From positions 448,001 through 512,000 of the forward strand of contig CAWFAD010000016.1 of the NCBI GenBank assembly GCA_963813815.1: a stretch of 64,000 nucleotides of DNA, given 5' to 3'. The stretch comes from an uncultured bacterium. GTDB taxonomy: Bacteria > Krumholzibacteriota > Krumholzibacteriia > Krumholzibacteriales > Krumholzibacteriaceae. The notes beneath the pieces were generated by a model. That model ran no database searches and was not told the origin of the DNA. It saw nothing but the letters and a program-made list of their open reading frames with translations. Made by a program: the position numbers and the translations under genes. This document shows, in pieces, positions 8,514 through 18,855 of this stretch. Position 1 is the stretch's first letter. The number at the start of each line of letters is the position of its first letter.

Positions 8514-10811
8514 ATGGCGGCGAAGCGGAAAGTGCTGTGGATAACCCTCGCGATTCTCGTCTCGGTCTTCATCGCGGCGATCGTCGCGGTGCGTGTCGCG
8601 CTCGCGCCGGACAAGCTCAAGGCGATCGTGCTGCCGCGCGTCGAAAAGATGGTGGGCGCGGAGGTGGCGATCGGCGACATCAAAATCAATTTTCCGTTCG
8701 GCTTCGGCGTGGACGTCGCGGATCTCCGGTTCAACAAGACGCTTCCCGATACGACCGTCCTCGATTTCTCCTCCGAGACGGTGACGGTCCGCGCCTCGCT
8801 TCTCTCGCTCCTCAGGCGAAAGCCGGAGATCTCGTCCGCCTCGGTGCACGGCGGCTCCGTCGCGCTCGTGAACGTCAACAAGGCCCGCGAGACGCGGCTC
8901 CGCGGTCTCGAGGCGCTCGTCTCCGTGAAACCCTCGGGCGATCTCTTCGTCCTGCGAGCGAAGGCGCGCGCCGATTCGGTCTTGGTTTCGAGGCCGGGCA
9001 TGCCGCCGGCGATCCTGCTCGAATCGGTCGAGCTCGACGGCGAGTTCGAGACGGACCGCGGGCTCTCGAGGCTCGCGATCAAGGACGCGCGCCTTCTCTG
9101 GGCGGAGCTCGTTTCCGCGCGGATCGTGGGGGAGGTGACGGACGTCAAGACGGCGCCGCGTCTCGCCCTTTCGATCGAAGGGGACGAGAGGCCGATCGGC
9201 CCGGTGCTGGCGGCGATTCGAACGTTCCGGATGGACGAGCTCTCCCCGCCCGCGACGGCCGCGCCGAAGGCGGCGGGGCAGCAGCCTCCGCCCGAGATAA
9301 CCGGCGGCACGCTCCGGTTCACCGCCACAATCGAGGGGCTCGCGCGCGAGCCGCTCGGCATGAACATCGCCTTCGAGGCGAACCTCGACGACGCGTCGCT
9401 CCGCGCCGGGGATCTCGCCGCGATCGAAAAGATCGCCGCGCGGGTCAAGGGCGCGGGGAACGCCTTTGCGTGGAAGAGCCTCATGCCGAGCGCGGCGAGG
9501 CCTCTGACGCTCGAGCAGATCACGCTCTCGTGGCAGGCGATCGAGCTCGAGGGAACGATCGACGTCGAGGGCGGCGAGCTTCTCCTGCGCGCCGCGAGCG
9601 CGCCGCCGGATTCGGCGATCGGCGCGTCGGCCGCGGCCCCGCTCAGGATTTCCGCCCTCAAGGCGAAGGCGGAGATCTCGGGCACCGGCGTCAAGAGCGT
9701 GAGCGGGGAGTTTCGCATCGGAGCGAGCCCGTTCGCCTTCAGCGGCTCTCTCGCGAACGTTCTGCCGGCCGCCGCCGAGCTCGCCCTCGTCGCCCAGAAG
9801 CTGGCCTCCGGCGGGGACGGAAGGCCCGTCGCCGATCTCGGACCCTATCTCGACAACATGGTGAACGCGCCGGTCGTGCGGATCGAGGTGTCGGGACGCT
9901 CGTTCGACGCGCAGCCATACCAGCCTCACCGGGGAGCGAAAAAGGAAGCCGCGGGAGTCGCCTCCGCGGCGCCGAAGCCCGCGGACGGCGGGGCGGGAGC
10001 GGTTCTGCTCCTCAAGAACACCGTCTTTACGGCCAAGCTCGATTCGGTCGTCACCCGCGAGGCGATTCTCACCGCCGTCGAGGCGAAGGGGACGATCCGC
10101 GACGGGAGAATCCGCATCGATCCCGCCTCTTTCCGGTATGCCGGTGGAAAGGGCACGGCGACGGTCGCGGGCGACGTCCGGAAGAGGGGTCGCGTGGAGA
10201 GCTCGATCGATTTCGCGCTCGATGGCGTCGAGGCCGGCGAGGCGCTCGGCAGGCTCTTCTCGCTCGGATCGCTCGTTCGGGGCCGCTTCAGCTTCGACTC
10301 GAAGGGGAGCTTCGCGATGGGGGAGGGTCTCGATCCCCTTCTGTCGCTCACGGCCGCCGGCTCCGCGTTCTCGAACAAGGGATCGGTGAGCTTCGAGAAA
10401 TACCTCGGCTCCCTCTCGACGATTCAGAACTTCGACGCCGCGCCGCTCACGAACTTCGATTTCACGGAGTGGAAGGGGTTTTTCCACGTGCAGGACGGGC
10501 GTTTCGTCACGGACGACTGGAAGATCGCGTCAACGGCGGGGGCGTGGGCGATCAAGGGGTCGTTCGGGCTCGACGGGTCGCTCGACTACGTCGTGCACCT
10601 CTCGGTTCCGCCGGTCGTGCAGCAGCGCATGAAGAACATCGACGCCTACAAGAGCGCCCTCGACCTCATGCGCGACTCGGGCGGAAACCTCATTCTCGAT
10701 ATCCGCGTCACCGGCAACTCGAAGCATCCCTCCGCCATGCTCGACCTCACGAAGGCGAAGAGCAAGGCGCAGGACAAGGTCCTCGAAGGGTTCAAGAAGC
10801 TTCTTCGGTAG
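8514..10811 (+). CDS. AsmA-family protein
   Basis: N-terminal TM anchor followed by beta-rich repeats and an AsmA-like C-terminus (GSFGLDGSLDY...IRVTGNSKHP); GGAGG RBS. Confidence 0.75.
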   Translation: MAAKRKVLWITLAILVSVFIAAIVAVRVALAPDKLKAIVLPRVEKMVGAEVAIGDIKINFPFGFGVDVADLRFNKTLPDTTVLDFSSETVTVRASLLSLLRRKPEISSASVHGGSVALVNVNKARETRLRGLEALVSVKPSGDLFVLRAKARADSVLVSRPGMPPAILLESVELDGEFETDRGLSRLAIKDARLLWAELVSARIVGEVTDVKTAPRLALSIEGDERPIGPVLAAIRTFRMDELSPPATAAPKAAGQQPPPEITGGTLRFTATIEGLAREPLGMNIAFEANLDDASLRAGDLAAIEKIAARVKGAGNAFAWKSLMPSAARPLTLEQITLSWQAIELEGTIDVEGGELLLRAASAPPDSAIGASAAAPLRISALKAKAEISGTGVKSVSGEFRIGASPFAFSGSLANVLPAAAELALVAQKLASGGDGRPVADLGPYLDNMVNAPVVRIEVSGRSFDAQPYQPHRGAKKEAAGVASAAPKPADGGAGAVLLLKNTVFTAKLDSVVTREAILTAVEAKGTIRDGRIRIDPASFRYAGGKGTATVAGDVRKRGRVESSIDFALDGVEAGEALGRLFSLGSLVRGRFSFDSKGSFAMGEGLDPLLSLTAAGSAFSNKGSVSFEKYLGSLSTIQNFDAAPLTNFDFTEWKGFFHVQDGRFVTDDWKIASTAGAWAIKGSFGLDGSLDYVVHLSVPPVVQQRMKNIDAYKSALDLMRDSGGNLILDIRVTGNSKHPSAMLDLTKAKSKAQDKVLEGFKKLLR

Positions 10812-10814
10812 GGT

Positions 10815-10865
10815 AAAAAAAAGACCCCTCGGGATGCGCGGCCGCGCCGCGCGATCCCGAGGGGC
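10815..10865 (-). terminator. Intrinsic terminator for the 11722-10895 gene
   Basis: cccctcgggat...atcccgagggg hairpin with an A-run on the left (T-run on the minus strand). Confidence 0.6.
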
Positions 10866-10894
10866 AAACGATCAGCCGCTCAGGGCTGCGAGAG

Positions 10895-11722
10895 TCAGTA
10901 GTTGATCGCCGTTTCCCGTCCGTGGACCGGAATCAGGGGATACCCTTCGTCACAGGAAGTGATGCCAAGGGATCCGCCCGGGTTCGCCTCGAACTTGAAC
11001 GACAGATTCTGCAGATCCTCGAGCAGGAGGATGTCGAAGCTGGCGACCATGATCGGCGCGGGGCCGTACTGCGGACGGTTGAACGCGATCGCCATGCCGC
11101 TGAAGAGGTCGCCGAGCGTGATGGCGACGTAATCGGGCGTCGTCGCGCCGGTCACCGAGTACTCGGTGCCAGCTTCGAGATCGGCGCCGTCGACGTCCGC
11201 GATGCGCAGCTTGAACTCGCACGCCGTCGCGCAGGCCACTTCGCTCTCATCGAGCATGATGTACATGTAGCACGTGAGCCACGTCCACGACGCGGTCGTC
11301 GCGTCGCACACGGTCGCCTCGCCGTCGAAGTACACCGCGAGAGACGGATTCGACGGAACCGCGACCGAGAGCGAGAACTCGCGCTCGGCCGACTTCGGCG
11401 TCTCGGAGCTGTCCTCGACGCGCACGGAGAAGTCGTAGTCGCCGGTGTTCATGCACACGCCGATGAGTCTGCCGTCGCTCTGGAGCTCGAGGCCGTCGGG
11501 GAGGCTGCTGCCTTCCGCGAGCGACCAGGTATACGGAGCGGCGCCGCCCACGGCTTCCATCATGAGATTGTAGGGAGCGCACGTGTAACCGGTTGTGACC
11601 GCCGCGGTCAGGACGCCGAACTCCTCGGCGGCCGGCGGCGGGGTCGTGGTCGAATCCTCGGAACATGCGGAGAGCATGGAGAGGAGGAAAAGACCCGTAA
11701 ACAGAGCGAAAACCTTCCTCAT
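10895..11722 (-). CDS. Acidic lipoprotein with putative Ig (He_PIG) domain and a C-terminal beta-sandwich
   Basis: Lipobox LSAC; GGAAPYTWSLAEGSSLPDGLEL...GDYDFSVRVEDS. Confidence 0.75.
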   Translation of the reverse strand: MRKVFALFTGLFLLSMLSACSEDSTTTPPPAAEEFGVLTAAVTTGYTCAPYNLMMEAVGGAAPYTWSLAEGSSLPDGLELQSDGRLIGVCMNTGDYDFSVRVEDSSETPKSAEREFSLSVAVPSNPSLAVYFDGEATVCDATTASWTWLTCYMYIMLDESEVACATACEFKLRIADVDGADLEAGTEYSVTGATTPDYVAITLGDLFSGMAIAFNRPQYGPAPIMVASFDILLLEDLQNLSFKFEANPGGSLGITSCDEGYPLIPVHGRETAINY

Positions 11723-11782
11723 TGCGGAACCTCCTTCTTCTTCAGATACAAATCCTGCGGTCCCCTCGTGATTCGGTCTTTC

Positions 11783-11798
11783 AGCAATCTGTGTGCCA
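11783..11798 (-). promoter_or_regulatory. sigma54 -24/-12 promoter
   Basis: Minus strand reads TGGCAC-ACAGA-TTGCT, an exact consensus match about 60 nt upstream of ATG 11722. Confidence 0.7.
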
Positions 11799-12151
11799 TG
11801 AGGGCGCAGAACGGCCGCGCTGAACGTAACACCAAGAGTGACAACGTGTTGTGTTGTGGGTGGAAATGCGCGGCGAGGGCTCGTTATTGCCGCTCCATTC
11901 TCATTATGCCACGGCGCCCGGGCTTGCGTATCGCCGTCCCTTCTTCTGCCCGCCCGTTGCCGATAAGCGCCTCCGCGTTTGGCGGTTACGTCCCCGCGCT
12001 CCCGTCCGGTTTCCCTTGCGCGGTCCCGGTGAACATATTAGCATTCGCAACGAACGGCGCTTTCGCGCGCGGGGCGGAGAAAGGCCGGGCGGCGGATGCC
12101 CCCGGCGGCGCTCGCGCCCGCGCCGGAAGCGTTTATGATCGGAGGTTGGCG

Positions 12152-12703
12152 ATGGCCGGCTTGATAGCGCTCGTCGTATTGATTGTCCTCGTATTCGTCG
12201 CGATCGGCATCTTCAACGGGCTCGTCGTGCTGCGCAAGCGCTGCGAGGGCGCCTGGGCGCAGATCGACGTGCAGCTCAAGCGGCGGTACGATCTCATTCC
12301 GAATCTCGTCGAAACGGCGAAGGGGTATCTCAAGCACGAGCGGGAAGTGCTCGAGAACGTGACCAAGGCGCGCCAGCAGGCGATCGACGTTTCGGGGGTC
12401 AAGGCGCAGGCGCAGGCGGAGAACATGCTCACGGGGGCGTTGCGCTCCCTCTTCGCTGTGGCCGAGAGCTACCCGGACCTCAAGGCGAACCAGAACATGC
12501 TGGCGCTTCAGGAGGAGCTCTCCTCGACGGAGAACAAGATTTCCTTCTCGCGGCAGCACTTCAACGAGACGGTCCGCGAGTACAACACGCGCATCGAGAC
12601 CGTTCCCTCGAACATTTTTGCCTCGCTCTTCGGTTTCAAGCCGCGGGACTTCTTCGAGATCGAGATCGAGGCGGAGAAGCAGCCGCCGAAGGTGAGCTTC
12701 TAG
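12152..12703 (+). CDS. lemA: LemA family protein
   Basis: N-terminal TM; AWAQIDVQLKRRYDLIPNLVET, ESYPDLKANQN; GGAGG RBS. Confidence 0.95.
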   Translation: MAGLIALVVLIVLVFVAIGIFNGLVVLRKRCEGAWAQIDVQLKRRYDLIPNLVETAKGYLKHEREVLENVTKARQQAIDVSGVKAQAQAENMLTGALRSLFAVAESYPDLKANQNMLALQEELSSTENKISFSRQHFNETVREYNTRIETVPSNIFASLFGFKPRDFFEIEIEAEKQPPKVSF

Positions 12704-12753
12704 CGATTTCGCAGGGGGCGCGCGGCGTCGCGGCCCTCGCGGGGTGAGCCGGC

Positions 12754-13659
12754 ATGGCGTCGATGTACACCGACATAGCCGCGAACAAGCGGAACTCCTT
12801 TTTTCTCACGGTGGCCGTGACCGCGGTGCTCCTCGTGCTCGGGTACGCCCTCGGACGCTACTGGGGGACGGGATACGCCGGCGTGGGCATAGCCTTTTTC
12901 CTCGCCGTCGCCATGTCGCTCGGCGCCTACTTCGGCGGCGACAAGATGGTTCTCGCCGTGAGCCGCGCGAAACGAATCGAGAAACGCGACCACCCGCAGC
13001 TCTTCAACGTCATCGAGGAGCTCTCCGTCGCCGGCGGGCTCCCGATGCCGGCGATCTACGTCATCGACGACACGGCGCCGAACGCCTTCGCGACGGGGCG
13101 CGATCCGGCGCACGCCTCGGTCGCCATCACGACGGGGCTGCTTCAGAAGCTGAATCGCGACGAGCTTCAGGGCGTCATGGCGCACGAGCTCTCGCACGTC
13201 GGAAATCGCGATATTCTCTACGCGACGATGGTCGGCGTGCTCGTCGGCTCCATCGCCCTCATGAGCGATTTCTTTCTCAGGAGTTTCCTCTGGGGCGGGG
13301 GACGGCGGCGGCGGAGCGACAGCCGCGAGGGGGGATCGGGCGGCGCGATCCTGGTCGTCGTGGCGATCGCGCTCGCGGTCCTGGCTCCGATCTTCACGAA
13401 GCTTCTCCAACTCGCCATATCGAGGCAGCGCGAGTATCTCGCGGACGCCTCGGCGGCGAAGCTCACGCGCTACCCCGAAGGGCTCGCTCGGGCGCTCGAG
13501 AAGATCTCGGGAGACCGAGAGCCGCTCGAGGTGGCGAACCGGGCGACGCAGCACCTCTACATCGTGAACCCGATCAAGCCGCTCGGCAAGACCGCGAATC
13601 TCTTCAGCACGCACCCGCCCATCGAGGAGCGGGTGCGGAGACTCCGGGCGATGCGCTGA
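12754..13659 (+). CDS. htpX: HtpX-like M48 zinc metalloprotease
   Basis: PNAFATGR, HELSH, SRQREYLAD, FSTHPP; directly after lemA. Confidence 0.93.
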   Translation: MASMYTDIAANKRNSFFLTVAVTAVLLVLGYALGRYWGTGYAGVGIAFFLAVAMSLGAYFGGDKMVLAVSRAKRIEKRDHPQLFNVIEELSVAGGLPMPAIYVIDDTAPNAFATGRDPAHASVAITTGLLQKLNRDELQGVMAHELSHVGNRDILYATMVGVLVGSIALMSDFFLRSFLWGGGRRRRSDSREGGSGGAILVVVAIALAVLAPIFTKLLQLAISRQREYLADASAAKLTRYPEGLARALEKISGDREPLEVANRATQHLYIVNPIKPLGKTANLFSTHPPIEERVRRLRAMR

Positions 13660-13674
13660 GGCCGGAGGGCGGGA

Positions 13675-14640
13675 TCAGGTCGCGAGCATCTTCCCCCGAT
13701 CCATGATCTTCTTTCCGTCGAGCTCGACCGTCGGTTTTTTCACGATGCCGTCGAGGTGGACGGGGACGTTCACCGTGCCTCCCATCGACATGTTGTTGCC
13801 GAGGGCGATGTGGATCGTGCCCATGACCTTCTCGTCCTCGAGGATCGAGCCCGTGATCCGGGCGGCGTCGTTCGTGCCGATGCCGAACTCGGCGACGTTG
13901 AACGCGGCGCTGCCGAGAGGCTCGAGCTTCGCCCGGAGCGCTTTCGCGGCGGCGCCTCCCTCGATCGAGACGGCGTGTCCCTTCTCGACCCGTATCGTAA
14001 TCGGTTTCTTGCCCTCGAGATTGCCGATTCCCGCCATCGAGCCGTCGACGACGAAGACTCCCTCCGACGCTCCTTCGACCGGCATCAGGTAGGCCTCTCC
14101 GGAGGGAAGATTGCCGAAGCCGCCCGCCTCGTGGATGAGGCCGGTCGAGGCGATCGCCCTGATTCCCTGAACGGGAAGGGTGATGTCGGTTCCCGCCGGG
14201 CTCGTCACCCTGATGACGGAGGCCGCGGTGAGAAGCTCGGTCATGCGCTTCGTGCGCTCGGCGATCCGGTAGTAGTCGGCGCTGAGGCACCTGATCATCG
14301 AGTCGCGCCGGATGCCGGGCATCGTCGCGACGCGCGAGCCGGCCTTGCACGCCTCGCGGCGCGCCGCCGTGTGCGTGAGGGAGCGCGTCGTCGGCGCGAT
14401 GACGACCTTGCTCATCATCATGGCGTGCATGACGTTCGCCGGCGGCTCCTCGCCGTCGCGGCTGCGCACCTGCATCTCGACGAGAACCGGGTCGGCGCCG
14501 AGCTCGAGAGCCGCGTCCCGAAGCGCCGTGCCGATCGCGCGGAGCTTCGCGTCGGTTACGATGAGGAGCGATTCTTCCTTCGAGAGCTTGAGGCAGTCGC
14601 GGAGCGCGATCGTCGACGCCTTGAGCAGTGCCTTGTCCAT
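13675..14640 (-). CDS. Aminopeptidase (M29/AmpS-like)
   Basis: NLPSGE, NVAEFGIGTN, EDEKVMGTIHIALG, HLD. Confidence 0.85.
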   Translation of the reverse strand: MDKALLKASTIALRDCLKLSKEESLLIVTDAKLRAIGTALRDAALELGADPVLVEMQVRSRDGEEPPANVMHAMMMSKVVIAPTTRSLTHTAARREACKAGSRVATMPGIRRDSMIRCLSADYYRIAERTKRMTELLTAASVIRVTSPAGTDITLPVQGIRAIASTGLIHEAGGFGNLPSGEAYLMPVEGASEGVFVVDGSMAGIGNLEGKKPITIRVEKGHAVSIEGGAAAKALRAKLEPLGSAAFNVAEFGIGTNDAARITGSILEDEKVMGTIHIALGNNMSMGGTVNVPVHLDGIVKKPTVELDGKKIMDRGKMLAT

Positions 14641-14641
14641 T

Positions 14642-15694
14642 TCATCCTCCTTGGCCGGCCGAAATCTCCACCGGCGGCGGCGCCGTACAGAGCAGCATCT
14701 CGCCCGTCGACGGATGCGGGAAGTATACCATCCAGGCGTGCAGAAGGAAACGGCCGCGCTCCGGCCGCGGCGCGCCGTACTCCGTGTCCCCCGCGACGGG
14801 ATGTCCGATCGAGGCGAGGTGCGCCCTGATTTGATGCGTCCGGCCGGTCTCGATCGCGATCTGCAGAAGGGCCCGGCCTCCGCTCGTTTTCCGAATGACC
14901 GAGTAGTGCGTGCGGGCTGCCTTGCCCTCGGCCGAGGTCTCGGAGCGGGATCGTCTGCCCTTGCGCGTGGCGATCGGCGAGTCGATCGTGCCGTCCCGCT
15001 CGGCGGGCACCCCTTCGACGACGGCGAGGTAGATCTTTCGCACCTCTCCCCGGGCGAAAGAGCGCGAGAGCGCCCGCGCGGCGGACCGCGTCTTCGCGAC
15101 GACGAGCACGCCGCTCGTCTCGCGGTCGAGGCGGTGAACCGGAGTGTAGGGGAACGGGGGCTCGTCGAGCGTATCCGGCGCGCCGCTCCGGCGGGGAGCG
15201 CCGGCGCGCCGCTCGTTCGTTCGCGCGTTTCGCCGCCGGTGCTCCTCGAGCGAGTCGAGGAGGGAGCCCCGATCCTTGCGGTTCCCCGGCTGAACGAGGA
15301 CTCCGGCCGGTTTGTCTATGACGAGTATTTCCTCGTCCTCGTGGAGCACCCGTATCTCCCGGCCGACGGCCGGCGGAGGACGGAGGGGCGCCTCGGCTCC
15401 GGCGGCCGCCCGCCGGGGCTCGGAGGAAGGCTTCACCGCTCTCTTCGCGGGGTGGCGTCCGGTTCTTCCGGCGGGGGGGCGCCCCGCCGCGTCGCTCGAT
15501 TCCGCGAGGTCGATGGCGACGACGTCCCCGCTCTTGAGCCGCGCGTCGCCGCCCGCCCGCTCTCCGTTGAGGTAGATGAGCCCTTTGCGCAGCAGGATCT
15601 GGATGACGCCGAAGGGCGTGCCCGGAATGCGCGCGCGCACGAAGCGGTCGAGCCGCGATCCCTGCCACTCTTTCGCGACGTCGAGTCGTTTCAT
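14642..15694 (-). CDS. RluA/RluC-family pseudouridine synthase with S4 domain
   Basis: RLDRFVR S4 start, VIDKPAG, VHRLDRETSG, TGRTHQIRAH, LHA. Confidence 0.92.
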   Translation of the reverse strand: MKRLDVAKEWQGSRLDRFVRARIPGTPFGVIQILLRKGLIYLNGERAGGDARLKSGDVVAIDLAESSDAAGRPPAGRTGRHPAKRAVKPSSEPRRAAAGAEAPLRPPPAVGREIRVLHEDEEILVIDKPAGVLVQPGNRKDRGSLLDSLEEHRRRNARTNERRAGAPRRSGAPDTLDEPPFPYTPVHRLDRETSGVLVVAKTRSAARALSRSFARGEVRKIYLAVVEGVPAERDGTIDSPIATRKGRRSRSETSAEGKAARTHYSVIRKTSGGRALLQIAIETGRTHQIRAHLASIGHPVAGDTEYGAPRPERGRFLLHAWMVYFPHPSTGEMLLCTAPPPVEISAGQGG

Positions 15695-17196
15695 GGCGAC
15701 GGCGCTCCTCCGGGCGTCCCGCCTTCCCGCGGCGGGCGGTCGATCCTCTCGAGGCGCATGATTTTCGGCGACCGGCCCGAGTACGACAGGTAGAGGCACG
15801 GCGCGCGCTCCTCGGCCTCCTCCCGGCCGGCCACCGCGACGACGATCCGCCCGGGGCGCGCGAGCTCGAGCGCGTCGGCGAGATAGCCGAAGGCCATCGG
15901 CGGGTTCTCGATCGCGAGCGTTCGTACGTCGGGATGGCGGTCGCTCTCCTCGACGGCCGCCACGACGATCTCGCGATAGTACCTCGTGAACTCGTCCCAC
16001 TTGGCCTCGCTGCGGTAGTCGCGGACGACGTAGCCGGCCGCCAGCAGGAGAAAGATCGACGCGGCGAGGATCCGGCGCCAGCGGGGGCGTTCGGTCCAGA
16101 GCATCGAAAGGAGCAGGACGATCGCGAGGACCGTTCCCGCCGAGGACAGGTAATAGTACCGGCTCTGGCTGATCGACACGGTCGAAAAGAAGCGGTAGCG
16201 GAAAAAAGCGACCGGCGCGAGCGCGAGAAATCCCCATCCGACGGCGAGGTTCATGGCGAACGGTCGCCTCGCGGCGCGGCCCGCGAGAACGAGCAGCGCG
16301 GCGAGCGGAAGGGCGAGCGCCTCCGGCATGGCGATCGAGGCGGGCTCGGCGATGCGCGTCCCCGCGGGATGAAAGAGCGCGAAGAGGGGCCACGGGTAGA
16401 ATTGATAGAGAAATCCGCCGCCGGCGTTCCGGAGCGCGTGGGCGCCGGGTCCCCAGTTGTCCCTGAAGAATCCGCCCATGAAGGCGGAGCGCAGGACGAG
16501 GTAGAGCGCCGAGACCGCGGCGAGCGCCGCGAGGGCGCGACCGTCGATGCGCGGGCGGCCGCGCGCCGAACGCGCGAGCGAGTAGACGAGGGCGGCTATG
16601 AGCAGCCCCGCGATCGCCTCTTCTTTCGCCGCGAGCGCGAGGGCGTAGAGGGAGCACGCGCCGGCGATTCGGAGCGCCCCGGCTCGTTTCTCCGACAGCA
16701 GCGCGAGGAGAGCGGCGAGCAGGAAGGCGGTCGAGAGGAGCGTCGTCCGGGCGCTGATCCAGAGCACCGCCGCGGCGTGCACGCTCGTGACGGCGAAGAG
16801 CGCCGCCGCCGCGAACGCGAGGCGGGCGCTCGCGAGGAGCTTTTCGAGAAGGCGATAGTAGAGCATCGCGCAGAGCGCATGGAGGAGAACGTTGAATGCG
16901 TAATGGAGCGGAACGTTGCCCGGCGCGGCTTTCTCCATGAGCCAGAACGAGAGGTTCACTGCGGGGCGGAAGAAGTCGACGACGCGGTAGGAGAGGACGT
17001 TTCGCGGGGTCATCTCGAGCCGCGCCGCCCGAAGCCACGAGAGGTCGTCGTTGAAGAGCCAGTTGTCGAGCATGCCCCGGTACGGGAGGAGGCAGAGGAG
17101 GAGGAGCGCGACGTAGATCGTCCGCCGCGGAAGGAAGCCCCGCCCGGGGACGTCACAAGCGGCGTCGCCGCTTTTCGTTTCGGTCGTTTTCCACAT
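15691..17196 (-). CDS. Polytopic GT-C (PMT/ArnT-like) membrane glycosyltransferase
   Basis: FNDD after TM1, FFRP, HAAAVLWISAR, AKE, RYYYL; multiple TMs. Confidence 0.7.
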   Translation of the reverse strand: MWKTTETKSGDAACDVPGRGFLPRRTIYVALLLLCLLPYRGMLDNWLFNDDLSWLRAARLEMTPRNVLSYRVVDFFRPAVNLSFWLMEKAAPGNVPLHYAFNVLLHALCAMLYYRLLEKLLASARLAFAAAALFAVTSVHAAAVLWISARTTLLSTAFLLAALLALLSEKRAGALRIAGACSLYALALAAKEEAIAGLLIAALVYSLARSARGRPRIDGRALAALAAVSALYLVLRSAFMGGFFRDNWGPGAHALRNAGGGFLYQFYPWPLFALFHPAGTRIAEPASIAMPEALALPLAALLVLAGRAARRPFAMNLAVGWGFLALAPVAFFRYRFFSTVSISQSRYYYLSSAGTVLAIVLLLSMLWTERPRWRRILAASIFLLLAAGYVVRDYRSEAKWDEFTRYYREIVVAAVEESDRHPDVRTLAIENPPMAFGYLADALELARPGRIVVAVAGREEAEERAPCLYLSYSGRSPKIMRLERIDRPPREGGTPGGAPSP

Positions 17197-17369
17197 GGCT
17201 CGCCGGACTCCGCCGGGCGCCCCGGACTCCGCGCCCACTCTACAGGCCCCTTTTTCCGCGAAACAAGCGTTATTTATCGTTGAGCCGCGGACGCGAAACG
17301 GGTATGATGGCCCCGTAGCTCGTGCCGTCGCGCACTCGACCCCCATTTCAGCACAACTGGAGGAACATC

Positions 17370-18851
17370 GTGAGCGGGCTTTTCGGAGTTGTTTCCAGTA
17401 CCGATTGTTCCGACGCTCTCTTCTACGGGACCGACTATCATTCGCACCTCGGAACGCAGTTCGGCGGCGTGGCGGTGCACGGCGAAGGGTTCGTCCGGCA
17501 GATCCACAACATCGGCCAGAGCCAATTCAAGTCGAAGTTTCACGAGGATCGCGCGCGGCTTCGCGGATCGAAGGGGATCGGCGTCATCAGCGCGCTCGAC
17601 GAGCAGCCGATCTACATCCGCTCGCGATTCGGCCCGTTCTGCATCGTGACGGACGGTTTCATCGACAACTCGGGCTCTCTGGCGGACGATCTCCTCGCCA
17701 CGGGCGGTTCCTTCAGCGAGTTCGGCACGGGGGGCAACGTCAATCTCACCGAGCTCGTCGCGAAGCTCATCACGCGCGGATCGAGCATCGCCGACGGCAT
17801 CGACCACATGTTCGAGTCGATCGACGGATCGTGCTCGCTGCTCCTCCTGCACGAGAACGGCGTCTACGCGGCGCGCGACCGCCTCGGCTACTTCTCGCTC
17901 GCGATCGGCCGCCGCGACGACGCCTGGGCCGTCGCGACCGAGACGAGCGCCTTTCTCAATCTCGGATTCCGCGTCGAGAAATATCTCGCCCCCGGCGAGA
18001 TCGTGCTCCTCACCGAGCGCGGGCTCGTCGAGGTGCGGCGGGGCGCGGAGGAGAACCATACCTGCGCCTTTCTCTGGATCTATACCGGGTTTCCGACCTC
18101 GTGCTACGAGGGGATCAACGTGGAGGTCGTGCGGGAGCGCAGCGGCGCGGCGCTCGCGCGGCGCGACCGCGACATCGAGATCGATCTCGTTTCGGGGATC
18201 CCCGATTCCGGGATCGGGCACGCCGTCGGCTACGCGATCGAGTCGGGCAAGCCGTTCCGCCGCCCCCTCGTCAAGTACACGCCGGGTTACGGCCGGAGCT
18301 ACACGCCTCCCTCGCAGGAGACGCGCGACCTCGTCGCCAAGATGAAGCTCATCCCGAACCCGGAGATCATCCGGGGAAACCGGATCGTCGTCTGCGAGGA
18401 TTCGATCGTGCGCGGAACGCAGCTCAAGAACTACACCGTGCGGAAGCTCTGGGAGGGGGGCGCGCGCGAGGTCCACGCGCGGCCGGCCTGCCCGCCGCTG
18501 ATGTATCCGTGCCGGTTCAATCTCTCGACGCGGAGCCTGGACGAGCTCGCCGCGCGCCGCGCCATCCGCGCTCTCGAGGGACGCGACGTCGACGACGTGT
18601 CGGCGTACGTCGATCATCGCACGGACCGGTATCGAAAAATGGTCGATTGGATCGCCCGCGACCTCGAGGTGACGACGCTGCGTTACCAGACGCTCGAGGA
18701 CATGGTCGAGGCGATCGGCCTTCCGAAGGAACGGCTGTGCCTCTACTGCTGGACGGGCGCGTACCCGTCGCCCTGGAAGCGGTCAGAGGATCGCCGGGAC
18801 GAGGAGCCTTCGGCGTCGCGAAAAGGGGAACTGGCCGCGGCAGAAAGGTAG
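17370..18851 (+). CDS. purF: Amidophosphoribosyltransferase, variant lacking Cys1
   Basis: GIPDSG, EDSIVRGT PRPP loop, Fe-S cysteines (CAF, ACPP, CLYC); N-terminus MSGLFG...YHSHLG; GGAGG RBS before GTG. Confidence 0.9.
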   Translation: MSGLFGVVSSTDCSDALFYGTDYHSHLGTQFGGVAVHGEGFVRQIHNIGQSQFKSKFHEDRARLRGSKGIGVISALDEQPIYIRSRFGPFCIVTDGFIDNSGSLADDLLATGGSFSEFGTGGNVNLTELVAKLITRGSSIADGIDHMFESIDGSCSLLLLHENGVYAARDRLGYFSLAIGRRDDAWAVATETSAFLNLGFRVEKYLAPGEIVLLTERGLVEVRRGAEENHTCAFLWIYTGFPTSCYEGINVEVVRERSGAALARRDRDIEIDLVSGIPDSGIGHAVGYAIESGKPFRRPLVKYTPGYGRSYTPPSQETRDLVAKMKLIPNPEIIRGNRIVVCEDSIVRGTQLKNYTVRKLWEGGAREVHARPACPPLMYPCRFNLSTRSLDELAARRAIRALEGRDVDDVSAYVDHRTDRYRKMVDWIARDLEVTTLRYQTLEDMVEAIGLPKERLCLYCWTGAYPSPWKRSEDRRDEEPSASRKGELAAAER

Positions 18852-18855
18852 CGAG

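Noticed and set aside
7419..10487. Apparent giant fusions in the ORF track (1022-aa radical SAM, 1034-aa carbamoyltransferase, 798-aa RluA, 677-aa PanD, 1014-aa regulator)
   Set aside because: The N-terminal extensions overlap real genes in other frames or strands; true starts lie downstream, where family homology begins.
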